A stretch of DNA of 64,000 nucleotides from Camelus dromedarius (taxonomy: Eukaryota), in NCBI RefSeq assembly GCF_036321535.1, contig NC_087436.1:122824001-122888000 (forward strand). The letters run 5' to 3'. How positions within the stretch are numbered: position 1 is the first letter of the stretch; each line of letters begins with the position of its first letter. The position numbers and the translations under genes are program-made. The notes beneath the pieces are model-generated. The model was not told the DNA's origin and searched no databases. It saw nothing but the letters and a program-made list of their open reading frames with translations. Below, piece after piece: positions 24,626-36,249 of this stretch.

Positions 24626-24810
24626 CTCCAGAAACGCCGCTGGACTGCGAAGTCTCCCTGTGGTCGTCCTGGGGGCTGTGTGGGGGCCCCTGCGGGCAGC
24701 TGGGCTCCAAGAGCAGGACTCGCTATGTCCGCGTGCAGCCCGCCAACCAGGGCGCGCCCTGCCCGGAGCTGGAAGAGGAGGCCGAGTGCGTCCCTGACAA
24801 CTGCGTCTGA
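24626..24810 (+). CDS. SPON2: Spondin-2 last coding exon: thrombospondin type-1 repeat
   Basis: tccag|[62 protein letters not shown] with TGA at 24808-24810. Joined CDS is 999 nt, i.e. 332 aa with no internal stop. Confidence 0.97.
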
Positions 24811-25130
24811 GATTGGCCCACGCGGCCGGCGAGCGGTCACCAGGCTTGGGGCCGAGCAGGGAGCAGCCGGGGGTGTCCTTGCCTCTCTGAGCTCCGCTGG
24901 GGGCCGGCCCTCTGCCCAGACATGCCCGCAGGGAGGGAGGACCATCCTGTCAGCAAGCTTCTGGAGCCCGACATGTCCACACCAGCGGGAGGGTGGCTCC
25001 TACCCAGAGACCGCTGGGCTGGGCGGCAGGAGCCCCGAACCTGCTCAGCCACAAAATACCTCAGACCCGGTGGCCCAGAGCCCCGCCTGCGCCCCCCACC
25101 CCACCACCGCGGGTCCCATCCCTGGCCTTG

Positions 25131-25136
25131 AATAAA
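25131..25136 (+). terminator. SPON2: SPON2 polyadenylation signal
   Basis: First AATAAA after the stop codon, about 320 nt downstream, followed by GT/T-containing sequence. Confidence 0.8.
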
Positions 25137-27619
25137 GACCGTGGTCTCGGCGCCCTGGTCTCCTGTTTGCTGGGCGGGGGGCGGGGAGGCAGATGGGCTG
25201 CCCTCCAGCCCCGACCTCATGCAGGAGCCAGTGTCGGTCGGCACAGCACCAAGGAGCCGTCAGACCCCCGCCTGCCCTACCGCAGGGAGACATGGCACCC
25301 GGTCGGCTGCATCCCCTCCCCCAGGCCCCGGACTCATGGGGATGCCCTGAGGGCTCCCCGCTCGCCTGCCCGGGCGCTGGTCTGAGGGCGGGGTTCAGGA
25401 CGTTGTGCTGCCGTCCTGGATCCCTCCGTGGGGACGGCTGCTCCCTGCTCCTCCTGCTGCGCGGCCTCGTGAGGACTGGACCCCACAGACCCCACCTCCC
25501 AGGGCCCAAGCGCTGCCTCCTCCGTCTGCTCCTCACCACTCTGGGACTCTCCCCCACACGGAGACCCCCTTGCCCACCCTCTTCCTCCTGACGATGCCTC
25601 TCACCCCAGCTCTGGGCTGGGTCCTCCCACTGGTCGCCACAGGTGACCTGTCTGAGTGCCGTCCGAGTGGCTAGTCAGGGCCTCCCCCCACCCCCAGCCC
25701 ATCAGGGTTCTCCCCCCACCGTGTGCCCTGGTCCCCGCGCACCAGCAGACCTGCTCTTCCTTCTAGTGCAGGACACACCTCTCTTGGCGGCTTCTTTTCC
25801 ACGGAGCCCCTGCTCCCTCAAGGGCTCATAGGACTTCCATCCAGAGTCCGCCCTCCCCTTCCCTCCACTGCCGTCCAGGCCCACATCCACCATGTCGCTG
25901 CACCTGGGGGCCGGGACGTTGCTTGTGTCCTCACCCTCTCAGGAGCAGGTGCCCCCCACATCCCTTGACCCCCAGGCCCTGCTCCTTCTCCATCTCCACT
26001 GGTGGCGTCCCCGTGCTCCCCGACACCCCTCCCCAAGAGCTCAACCTTGGAACCCCCCCCACCCATCTGCACCATAACAGATTTGTACCCCATGGTTACC
26101 ATGGCTCTTGACCTTGGGGAGGAAGCTGTGGAAGCAGCTGCCAGTGACCCGTTTCTCCCCAGCTGGGGTGGAAGCCCAGCTGACACCCTGGGCACATGGA
26201 CTCCAGGACCGCCCGCTAACCCGACTGCACACTTGCTGAGAGGAGACCTGTGTGCAGAAGATTCTGAGCAGACGCTCTCTGTGGCCTCATGGGCGCAGTC
26301 TCGGGGCACAACACAAACATACTTCATGCCACAGCACTCCCCATGGGGGTGCCAGCCCTGCCCCACACTGTGAGCCCAGGAAGGACCCAAACCAGGTGCT
26401 GTGCCCGAGCCCCGCAAGGCAGTCTCCCTGCATAGCACCGAAGTGCCACTTGGGTCAGGCTCCCCGAGAGTTCAGGAAGACTGACATTCCAGCCCTGGGC
26501 AGGGGCTGCCTTGCAGGCACCCAGCAAGCAGCTCCGGGGCTGGGGCGTGCACGGTGACTTGATCACGTCATCTGTTTTGCAGGAGTCCTGATACCCAGCA
26601 CCTGAAAGTACCAGACAAAGGAGGCCCCTTTTACAATAACGCACTAGGGAAACCACAGGAGGTAGGGGCCCGTCTGAGGCCGAAACAACAAGCGGCCACT
26701 GGTGAGTGAGGAGCCGGAGCCAGAGTCACCCGAACAGCCCTGCTGACCTCTGGACCCTCAGCCTGGTGTCCAAGGGCCCAGCAGCACAGCCCCAGTGGGG
26801 GCCAGCAGACAGCCAGCCCTGCGATGGGAGAGCACAGCTCTCCTGTATGTGGTTCTGCACCCTGAATGTAGGGCCACACCCACCCAGGGCCTGAGACCAC
26901 AGTAAGGATCTGCAACCCCCTGATCAACCCCGAGGCACCTGGAAGAAACACATGCATCCCCCTGGAGACCCCACTGTGGACTCAGGACTCAGAGGGGTCC
27001 CACCAAGACATGAACGCACAGTCAAACCGACTGAGCATGGGAAAATGACACCCCTAAGTCAGAAGAGACAGCGAAGTACAAAACCAGACCCACAAAGCGG
27101 TTGACCTTGGGAGGATCATGGGTGGCACCTAGTTAAGCATGTGCACTGGGGTATCCAAACCTGAGCTAAAAACTAAAAGGGGACCATTGACCCAAGCCCA
27201 CGACACCATCACAGATTTTAACCAAACAGATGGGTACACACTGGCATCCAGTGACAAAGACTGCAGACAGGATTCGTGTGCCCTGCACCATGTGCCATGT
27301 GCAGGGCAGGGGAACCCTGGAAGGACCCCCGCGACACCCACGTCCACTTCCCCCTCCTTCTGGAGCACGGGGTTGGGAATGATGAGTGTCCTCTTTGGGG
27401 AAAGAATGCTCACTGCCCATGTGGGGTGCTCCAGGCCCTGGAGCACAAACCAAAATGGCCACACCCTGAGGACAGCCACCCGGAGAGCAGGGCACCTACA
27501 ATGGACTCAAGAACTACTGAGATTTGAAGGAGGCACCCAACGAAAGTAAACCAGTAAAGGAAACCTGCATTAGACGCTGTTCAGGCTCTGATGAAGAGGG
27601 GATGGGACACTGCTGCTGG

Positions 27620-27760
27620 CGCTGATGATGGCAGTGATGGTGGTTGTGGTGATGGTGAAGATGATGGTGGCGGTGGTGATGGTGGTGATGATGGTGATGA
27701 GGACGACAGTGATGGTGGTGTTGGCAGTGGTGGTGTTGAAGGTGCTGGTACTGGTGGTGT
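27620..27760. repeat. Degenerate (GGT/GAT)n trinucleotide low-complexity repeat
   Basis: Directly visible gatgatggtggtgatggt... run. Confidence 0.9.
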
Positions 27761-27779
27761 GGGACACTCCTTCAGGAAG

Positions 27780-28230
27780 CTGGTTGGGGACGCCCTCACT
27801 GGCAAGCCCCCTCTAAGCAGAGCTCTGAAGAACAAAGGGGAAGCCTTGTGAAGGTGGGGCAGCAAGCATCCCAGACAGAAGAACAGCTCAAAGCAAAGGC
27901 CCTGCTGTGTTTGGGGGACAATGAGGGGCTGCACGGCTGGCAGAGGTTGGGTGAACCTGGCAGGAGCCCTGGTCAGGTGGGCTGGGAGCTGCTGCTCCTG
28001 GTGAGTGAAGAACGGATGGAATGTCACACGGGGGCTTTGAGTAGGGAAATAACTCATCAGCGAATGTGGTGAAGGGTCATCTGGTCATTTTGAGAGCAGA
28101 GTGAAGGGGGCAAAGGCAGGAAAAAGGAGTTAGAGGCTAGAGCACTAACCCAGAGAAGAGGGTAGAAGTGGTAAGAAGTGAATGAATTCCAGGCTAACTT
28201 GACGTAAAGGCAAGAGAAACACTCCTAGAC
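27780..28230 (-). mobile_element. L2 LINE fragment
   Basis: 'cagacagaagaacagctcaaagcaaaggccctgctgtgtttggggaca' resembles the antisense L2 3' region. Confidence 0.55.
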
Positions 28231-29199
28231 TGGTGTCCAACCAGGGGTGTCTATGTTGACCGGTCCTACTTCATAGCATTAAGTTCAGGAAGATTTTGGC
28301 CTGGTGGGGTTGGCCCGGGGGGAGGGCCGAGGAAGAGGGGCTCACTCCCGTGGTTCTGCTGCGCCATCTCACCCTGAACAGATGGGGGACGCTGGGCCAA
28401 GGGGAGTGGTCTCAGCACCTATGCTGGCACCTGCAGGCCTCTCACGTAGGCTGGAGATGCGAATGCTGGGGCTCGAGGGGCTGCTGGCTGGGCCCAGGAG
28501 GGGCAGGATCCAGCGCCAGCCTGTCCAGGAGGAAGCAGAGCGGGAAGGAGGTGAGATCACGGGAATGACTCACTGGACTCAGCAACAAGCAGGTACTGGG
28601 GGCAGGGGCGAGCAGCTGGTGGCACCACGGAAGAAAAGGACAGAGGGCAGGACATTGAGGATGACAGGAGGGGTCTTCCTGGCAGACGGCGACCTGAAAA
28701 GTCACATCTAACTTCACTTCCACCCAGATTCCACTGAAACCACAAAAAGCATATTTAGATGGCATAGCCCAGGTGCCTGCCTTGGGCTCTGGGTCTGCCC
28801 ACGTACTCTGAGGAGAGCTCTTCCACCACCACAGCACCCAGACCCCAAACGCTGGATGGACACAACACTTGAGATACAGCCCTTTTCATAAGAGGTAGGG
28901 GGGAACTCTCACTTCCTCCTCCCACTTCCAAAAATAAGCAAATAAAAATCTGAACTGGGCCTGGAGCAAAGAGGAGGTGGGGTTGGGGCAAGTTAAGTAA
29001 GCCTGTGTGCAGCTGGGAAAGGCTGGGTTCCCTGAGGGCTGCAGCTGAGCCTGGGTCAGGGCAGAGTCAGGAAGACAACCTGGTGCCCACCCCCCACCAA
29101 GTGCTGCCCTCAAGGTCAGTGGTGGCCCTAGGACAAGAGAAGAGCAGAAACATTATCTGTCTATAAAAAGCTTTCCCACCTCCCACCAACCAAAACCAA

Positions 29200-31860
29200 G
29201 CAGTGACTGCAACACAAAGGCATCAATTAAATACGAAAACAAGTCACTGTAACTGAAAGTCAGCAGGAAAAAAACCAACGATCACAGATACCAAAACTGT
29301 CAGAAATAAAATACAGAACAAGTGAAAAACAAGGCCAATCAGAAAGGAATACTTAGAAACAAATAGATAGATTAGGAAAGGAAAAATGGTGTAGAATGGC
29401 AGGGCCTCGGTCAGTGGGTTGAAGAGCTAATCCAGGCACAGCTGGAGAAAGACTTTGTGAACTGGAAGACACATCACCCAGGATGCAGCGCAAAGAGGCA
29501 GAGACACGGAAGTACTCAAAACGATAAGGAATATAAAACAAGAAGTTACAAAATGTTTTAAATCAGACACTGTGAAAGATACAACAGGGATGTGGGGTAG
29601 AGATAATATTTAAAGAGAAAGCAGTACAAAAGCTATAGAACTGGCTAAAATAAAAAGGTATCTCTGGAAACAGAAAGCACAATGTACCCCATACAGGACA
29701 CCTGACCAAAAGCAGTCAGGTCCACGCACATCACACGAAACTGCCGAGAACCAAACACAGCGAAGTCCTTCCAAGGACCCAGAGGAAGAGAGCAGGCCAC
29801 CTGTAAAGGAGTGTCTGGGGTGCACAGCCTCTCGGCAGCAGCAGAGGATCAGAAGGCAAAACTTTTAACATGTTGAGAGAAACAAACTGGCTGCCCAGGC
29901 CCGTGAGCTCAACCCCTTCTGTCAAGAATGACGGCTTTTACACATTTTCAAATTAACAAAAACTGAGAGACTTTACTAGCAAGAGAGCCACACTGGAGGG
30001 ACTCCTAGAGGACTTGCCTCAGCACAGACGCATCCCCTGTCTCTGTCCCCTGAGGAAGCCCAGAGGCGAGGACAGCGCAGCAGAAGAACACTCTTTACAC
30101 CAGGCTTTCATTTTAAAGAACTAGTGTCTCTCTGTACAAGAGCACAAGAGCCACAGGACAAGCAGCACATGGTGGAGCAGGAGGCGAGAGGTGAGACTCT
30201 GTCTCCCACCAGGACATCAACTGCAGGGGCAGAATCCTCTGAGGTAGCCATTTGGGAACTCTGGAGTCTGTTGATGGCTTGCGCCTCTGGTTTGTAGAAG
30301 CCTGGAATGGGAAATTGTGTTAATTTTGGTCAATTTTGGCTCTTAGCACAGTAGCAGCTACCCACCCCTACCCCCAGCCAGGAGGCAGGAGGCCAGGAGG
30401 CAATACATCCATTTCTGGAGCAGCCTGAACACAGCTGGTGGGAGCCAGGGTGGCAAAAAAGAGCCTGTTCTCCAAATGCTGGGGATCTGTGCTCTGATCA
30501 CTGACTGCTGCTTCTAGTAACAAAGATGCAAAGAGGCAGGAGCACCTCCCCTGCTGTTGCAAGCCCCTCCCCACAGCTGGTGTCCTCCAGGTGACCACCC
30601 CTTCATTTTTCACCTTTTCTCACTTTTGGGAACCAAACATTAAAGACAAGGGCATTAAAAAAAGAAAACTGCATATACAGGGAAAATTACAAAGTGACAA
30701 CACATGTTGAGGGGAAATCTCAGAAATGAAAACCTTATGTCTACACCTCAGGCTGCTCCTCAGAGACAGCCTACAACTATCCACAACAGCAATGACAACA
30801 CAAAACAGGAAACCTCAGAGAAGGAGGTCGCCTGGTGCCCAGAGTTACCATTTTACCAGACCCAAATGTTCATGTTCAGTAGCAACAACAAAATCACAAG
30901 GCACACAAATAAACAGGGAAAGAATGGACTATCAAAGGAAAAAACAAATTACAGAAACCGTTCTTGAAAAAGATCTAATGGCAAGTACACTGGAGACAAA
31001 GACTTTAAAATGACTGTTTCAAAGATGTTCAAAGAACTAAAGGAAGATGTGGAGAAAATCAAGAAAAGGATGTGTGAACAAAACAGAAAAACCAATAAAG
31101 AGACGAAACCCCCGAAAAGAAACCAAAAAGAAATTCTGGAGCTGAAAGGCATAATAAATGAAATTTAAAATCCACTAGAAGAACTCAAAGGCAGATTTTC
31201 AGCAGGTAGGAGAATCAGTGAATTTAAGATAAGACAATGGAATTTATAGAGTTTGAAGACCAGAAAGGAAAAAGATTGAAGAAAAATGAACAGAGCCTAA
31301 GGGCCTTGTGGGATACCGCCAAGTGAACCAACATACACATTGTGGGAGTCCCAGAAGGCAAAGAGAAAGAAAAAGGCAGAGAATATTTGAAGAAATGATG
31401 GCTGAAAACATTTGAAATTTGATGAAAGACATCAGTATAAACATCCAAGAAGCTCACTAAATTCCAAGTAAAATGAGTTCAAAGAGACCCCAAAGAAGAC
31501 ACATTATAATCAAACTTCTGAAGACAAAGGCAAAGAGGGGGAGGGTACAGCTCAGGGGCAGAGCGCATGCTTAGCATGCACGAGGTCCTGGTTCAATCCC
31601 CAGTACCTCCTCTAAAAATAAACCTAATTACATTCTCCCCCCACCAAAAAAACCCTAAAGAACAAAGACAAAGGCAAAGAGAGAACTTTGAAAAACAGCC
31701 AAAGCAGCGACTGTCACATCCAAGGGACCCTTGACAGACTCACTGCACTTAGCAGCAGAGACCTTAAGGGCAAGAGCGCCAGTGTATTAAAGGTGCCCGA
31801 AGGAAACCTCCATCAACCAAGAATCTAATCTGGTAGAACTTTACATTGTTTTGTAAAGAC
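29200..31860 (+). mobile_element. Old L1 5' region and ORF1 fragments (probably more than one element), interrupted by a SINE
   Basis: A-rich strand with ORF1-like motifs such as 'gaaattctggagctgaaag', 'aatgaacagagcctaaggg...tgggagtcccagaagg' and 'acacattataatcaaactt'. Confidence 0.8.
31537..31664 (+). mobile_element. tRNA-Ala(AGC)-derived SINE (camelid vic-1 type)
   Basis: Head gggggagggtacagctcaggggcagagcgcatgcttagcatgcacgaggtcctggttcaatccccagtacctcc carries A/B boxes and an AGC anticodon. A-rich tail. Perfect 16-bp TSD aagacaaaggcaaaga at 31521-31536 and 31665-31680. Confidence 0.92.
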
Positions 31861-32109
31861 CTTACTAGTTAGAGATGCACGTGGAAAACTGAGTGAAAAT
31901 GACCTCTGACCTGGAATTCGCTTTAAAATACTCCAGGAAAAGTACGGGTCTGGTGTGTCTGGTGGTTAAACGAACAGAATTGGGGCTCATCACATAACTC
32001 TCTCGTTTTGTGTGCTAAAAAATGTCCACAGGAAAAGGTTCTGTGGAAGTGTGTGGAGATGAAGTGAAGACACCTCATTGGACCAGACCGTCAGGATGTC
32101 AGTTTGTAA

Positions 32110-32355
32110 CACGGTAGCAGCAACCATTTCTGAAACGTTCCCTGTGTGCTGGGGTCAAGTGTTCCCGACTCTCTGCACGTGTATCATCCGATCTTTACAA
32201 CAACCCTATAAACGGGGTCCTAGAGTTATCCTAGCTTTACAGAGGGGGAAACCGCGGCAGAGAGCAGTTCAGGAGCTTGTCCAAGGTCACACCGAAGGTC
32301 AGCGGCAGAGAAGGCGAGCCTGGGATCAGCCCTGGCGTCTCAGCTGTAAACACCA
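32110..32355 (-). mobile_element. MIR SINE
   Basis: Antisense MIR core 'tttacagagggggaaaccgcggcagagagcagttcaggagcttgtccaaggtcacac'. Confidence 0.75.
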
Positions 32356-32389
32356 CTGTGGCCCTTCTCACCAGGAAAGCACTGGTAGT

Positions 32390-32695
32390 CGCTGTGGTCT
32401 AAGTGTGTCCCTCAAAATTCGAAGGCTGGAGTCCTAACGCCCAGTGTGATGGTACTAGGAGGTGGGCCTTTGGGAGGTGATGAGTTAGGTGTGGGGCCAG
32501 TGCCCTCACAGAAATGACCCCACAGGCTCCCTCACCCCTTCAGTCACCTGCGAAGTGAGGACACAGCCTTGCTGCACCCAACTGTGCTGGCATGCTGATC
32601 TCAGACTTGCAGCCTCCAGAGTCATGAGAAATAAGTGTCTGCTGATTACAAACGATGCAGTCTATGGCATTTTGTCATAGCAGCCCAGACAGACT
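32390..32695 (+). mobile_element. MaLR solo LTR (MLT1A-like)
   Basis: Begins 'gctgtggtctaagtgtgtccctcaaaattc' and ends 'cagcctccagagtcatgagaaataag...tatggcattttgtcatagcagcccagacagact', as typical of MLT1. Confidence 0.85.
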
Positions 32696-33209
32696 GGTGG
32701 TCAGGGAGGGAGACAGGGGTGGGGGCACCAGCCAACAGGCAGGGAAAGACTGAACCCCCAGGGAGCCAGGTCCCTGAGGGCAAGGAGGTGGGCTCCCAGG
32801 CTGGGTGGCTGAGTGCAGGTCACACGCGGAGACAGTGGGCTGGGCGCCATGGCCTGGCCCGGGCACACCCAGCAGCAGACCAGCCGGTGCAGAAAAGCCG
32901 ACCGAGGGCGCCCCCTCTGAGTGCCGCTGTGCACTGAGGACGTGGTGCCACAGGCTCCTCCTCGCAGCGCGTGGCAGGGACCACCACTTCTTGCCCGCTT
33001 GGTGGATGCCCGCCCTGGGTCGCCCGTCCCCCCTCTCCTAGCTAAAGAGCAGCTCTGCGGAACCACCTGGCCGCAGGGTGCTTAATCTCTTAACCCGGAA
33101 GTGACGCCACGTCTTGGCCTGTTTTCCTGCCTGTTCAAGAGTGTTCGTGATTATTTGTTGAAGCACTTTTTGACAGTATACTCACATTTTAAAAAAACGA
33201 GTGTGTGCT

Positions 33210-33402
33210 GAGCTGGTGACACCCACGTACAGTCGCGGTCCAGCTCATCGTGCCTCCGGGCTCCGCGCCGAGCTGGCGGCACCTTGGTCGTGTCAGACGT
33301 TACCACTGTGGGGCGCTGGCGGTGGGTACATGGGACCTCTCTATACTAGTTTTGCAACTTTTGGTGAGTCTATAAATATTTCAAAATAAAACATTTAAAA
33401 AG
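33210..33402 (+). mobile_element. Ancient L1 (L1ME-like) 3' terminus
   Basis: 'gggtacatgggacctctctatactagttttgcaactttttggtgagtctataaatatttcaaaataaaa' is typical of L1ME 3' ends. Confidence 0.65.
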
Positions 33403-33591
33403 GAAACACTGGGTGCCAGAGCTAAAATAAGCTAATACCTCACACTGAGCAACTTTAACTCTTTTCTGTTTTTTACTGAGAAAACAGCCTCCGAGAGGCG
33501 CCCAGGGTGAGGACTCAGTCAGACGCGGGCTCGCGCCTCCTCTGAGCCCCAGATGCCTTCATCCCAGCCCCACCACCCCCCGACAGGCGCA

Positions 33592-33607
33592 CACCTGCTC
33601 CTTTCCC
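33592..33607 (+). promoter_or_regulatory. Candidate PTF1 (PTF1A/E-protein/RBPJ(L)) bipartite site upstream of TMED11
   Basis: CACCTG-ctcc-TTTCCC: an E-box and TC-box with 4-nt spacer, about 450 bp upstream of the TMED11 ATG. Confidence 0.55.
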
Positions 33608-34052
33608 CACCCCCATGACCTCCACTTTCTCCTCCCCTACCTCCTGCCCAGCAGTGGAGACAACCAGAAAACGGCCATTTCATTTTGGTCATGACAGCAC
33701 AGCTCGGGCCACTGCTGGGCACCTGCCAGGTGTGGGGCTTCAGGGTGGCCTCTGGCGCTGGTCCCCTGGCCTCATGTGGCCCTGCAATCCATGAGAACAC
33801 TTCCAAGTCCTTCCAAGTAACAGAGATGTAGGAGCTCTGATTTAGCCCTGCTTGGCCAGGCCCCAGGTTCAGATGTCCCTTTATCTTGTTCCCTGGGACT
33901 GGCTGTGGTCACCCAAGTGCGGCCGCCACATGTCACTTCTCACAGAAATCAATGTACAAGGTTACCCAAGGAAACCAGACACCAGGAGCAGGGTCACCTG
34001 CAACGGATCCGCTGCTGACAAAACACCACCAGGAGTGGCTGCAGCCACAGAG

Positions 34053-34179
34053 ATGCCAGTGTTAACGTTTCTTCTAAGTTTTTGTTTCCTGCTTTCCACG
34101 GAAGCCTTTTACTTCCACATGGGGGAACGAGAGGAAAAGTGCATCATAGAGGACATTCCAGGTGACACGCTGGTGACAG
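34053..34179 (+). CDS. TMED11: TMED11 (p24 alpha1 / gp25L) exon 1: signal peptide and start of GOLD domain
   Basis: [42 protein letters not shown](G), a p24-alpha family N-terminus. Donor G|gtaggt. 127 nt. Confidence 0.93.
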
Positions 34180-36249
34180 GTAGGTCAGGCATGCCTGCTG
34201 AGCGCGGGGCTCGCGCCGCCACCTCACTCAGGCTGCCGACCCTTGATGTGGGTGCTGTTCGGCAGAGGGCCACACTGCACGGTTTTCTCTTGAGATAGTT
34301 TGTTTATCCAATTATGCCAGACTGACTTGCAAACAGCCTCAAGAGCCAACTGCGTAATTCTGACAACGGGAAACCCAAACACCACCACAGGACCCAAGCC
34401 TGATCCGTCTTCCCAGCTGTCAGGCTTCCTGAAGTAAAAGACTCTCTCATGCTGTTAATCCTGCTAACTGTGGTTGAATTCTCAGAAGGTATGTGAGGTC
34501 TCGAGGTGAGCTTGGCAACGCAAGACAGGGCAGCACAAGTCAGGGCGTCTTCTGAGCCTCAGCCTCCGGGACCCACAGTGCCCCACGGGGAGGGGTAGGC
34601 GCGGGCAAAGTGCCCACAGAGCCTGGTGAGTGGGGCGGGGTCTACACACTCCTGGCTGAGTGCGCCCACACAGCTAAGCTGCTCCGGCCCAGGGTCTCAG
34701 AGCTTCATGGAAAATCCAGTAGGATATTTAACACGCAAGTCAGAAACCGTGTCAGCTTCCCCAGTTTTACAGCAAAAAAGACCAAAGAGAAGCAGGCACT
34801 ACCTCTAGTGGGGCTGACCCTCTGTCAATGCTGACCGTGCGTGTTTACATCAATTCAGCCTCACGCTGGACGGTGTCCAACTCACCTCTCAGCTCACCTT
34901 GTCCATTACACGTGAATCACAGCCCATACTGCAAAGACTCAGGCAAACACAGCAGAGCCTCCACGGAGGGGCATCTGGGAGGGGTGCTGGGGAGAACCCT
35001 CTCTGCCATGTGGCCACTGTGGGAAGAAGCTAGTTTGAGGCCGTGGGGTTTAACTGCCCAGGTCCCACCTCAGCTCTCCCTTGGGCAGCTCCTAGCCCCT
35101 CCACTTCATCTGTGAAATGGGATAAAGACTAACAACACGTCTATTCTCTTGGATGGTAACCAATACTGGTAACGCCCCTAGAACCCAGACAGACACACGG
35201 AATGTGCTATAAGTGTTTCCTTGTGCTCCCTGACCCCAGGGGCCCCCCGACTCCTGGGTGAATGGCTCTGTGGTTGTTTTCCTGGTAACCTGTGAAATTT
35301 TCAACCTGCATTTCAAGGGGAGGAGGGTGACAAGGACAAGGAGGAGGGACAGGAGTGGCTTGCCCACCCTGTCTGCCATTTCATGGCCCACCAGCTGGAT
35401 GGACTTAGCTCAGGACACAAGCTCAAGAATCACCTCACCCAGTGGAGGGGCTGAGGCAGGAAGGCAGACGCAGCCAGACAGCGTCTGACAGCTCTGTGGG
35501 GACACGTCTCAGCCTGGCCTCCCCTTGTCCTGAGAGTCCTTGTCCCCTGTGGACACTGCAGCTCACCCTGGTTCTGCCCTGGCTCCTCCATGACTCCACC
35601 TGCTCCACCCACCCACCACCTGGACCCCAACTCCGAGGTCTCCTCAGACAGCTCTCCCAGGCAGATCCGCAGGGCAGAGCGCAGCTACTCAAAGCCTGCT
35701 GCAGCCACAGGGAGAGCCTGGAGACGTGTCAGGCCATGTGCTCTAATTTTCCTTTAGAAGAGAATATGGTCCTAGACTCTCAGAATGTATGGGTTGCTAA
35801 TGGAGAAAAAAATGGAAAAAATACTCAATTTTTTTAAAAAGGCAAGAAAGAACGGATAAAGGAACAAGGAACAAATAGGACAAATGAAAACCAAACAACA
35901 ATATGATAGGCTTAAACCTAACTACATTTTACATTAAATTAAGTGTAAGTGGACAAACTCTCCAAGGAAAAGGCAAAGACTGTCAGGCTAGACTTAAAAA
36001 TAAAACAACTATATGCTGTTTTCAAACAAAACCATTTAAATATAAGGAAAGGTTAAAAGTAAAAGAATGGAAAAAGACATAGCTGGTAAATATAAACCAA
36101 ACAAAAGGTGGTGTAAATCAAAGCAGACCTTAACTGAATAAATGTTACTAGAGTTAAAGAGACACCAAAATCACTGAGATTGGGTTTAGTAATAGAAAGG
36201 TGTTTTTGAGGTGTTTCCTTCTTGGCTGTTATGAACTTCTTTAAAAATA

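Noticed and set aside
23744..25135. 463-aa ORF overlapping the SPON2 last intron, exon and UTR
   Set aside because: An off-frame GC-rich ORF; the real frame is the TSP1 exon at 24626-24810.
27570..27851. Thr-rich, Val/Met-rich and Gly/Asp-rich ORFs
   Set aside because: These are translations of the (GGT/GAT)n simple repeat.
31542..31610. tRNA-Ala(AGC) gene
   Set aside because: D- and T-arm substitutions, an A-rich tail and a 16-bp TSD show it is a SINE.
33852..34052. N-terminal extension of TMED11 suggested by the ORF track (TTG start; in-frame ATGs upstream)
   Set aside because: The ATG at 34053 directly precedes a typical signal peptide and gives the usual p24 length; the upstream sequence looks like promoter or 5' UTR.
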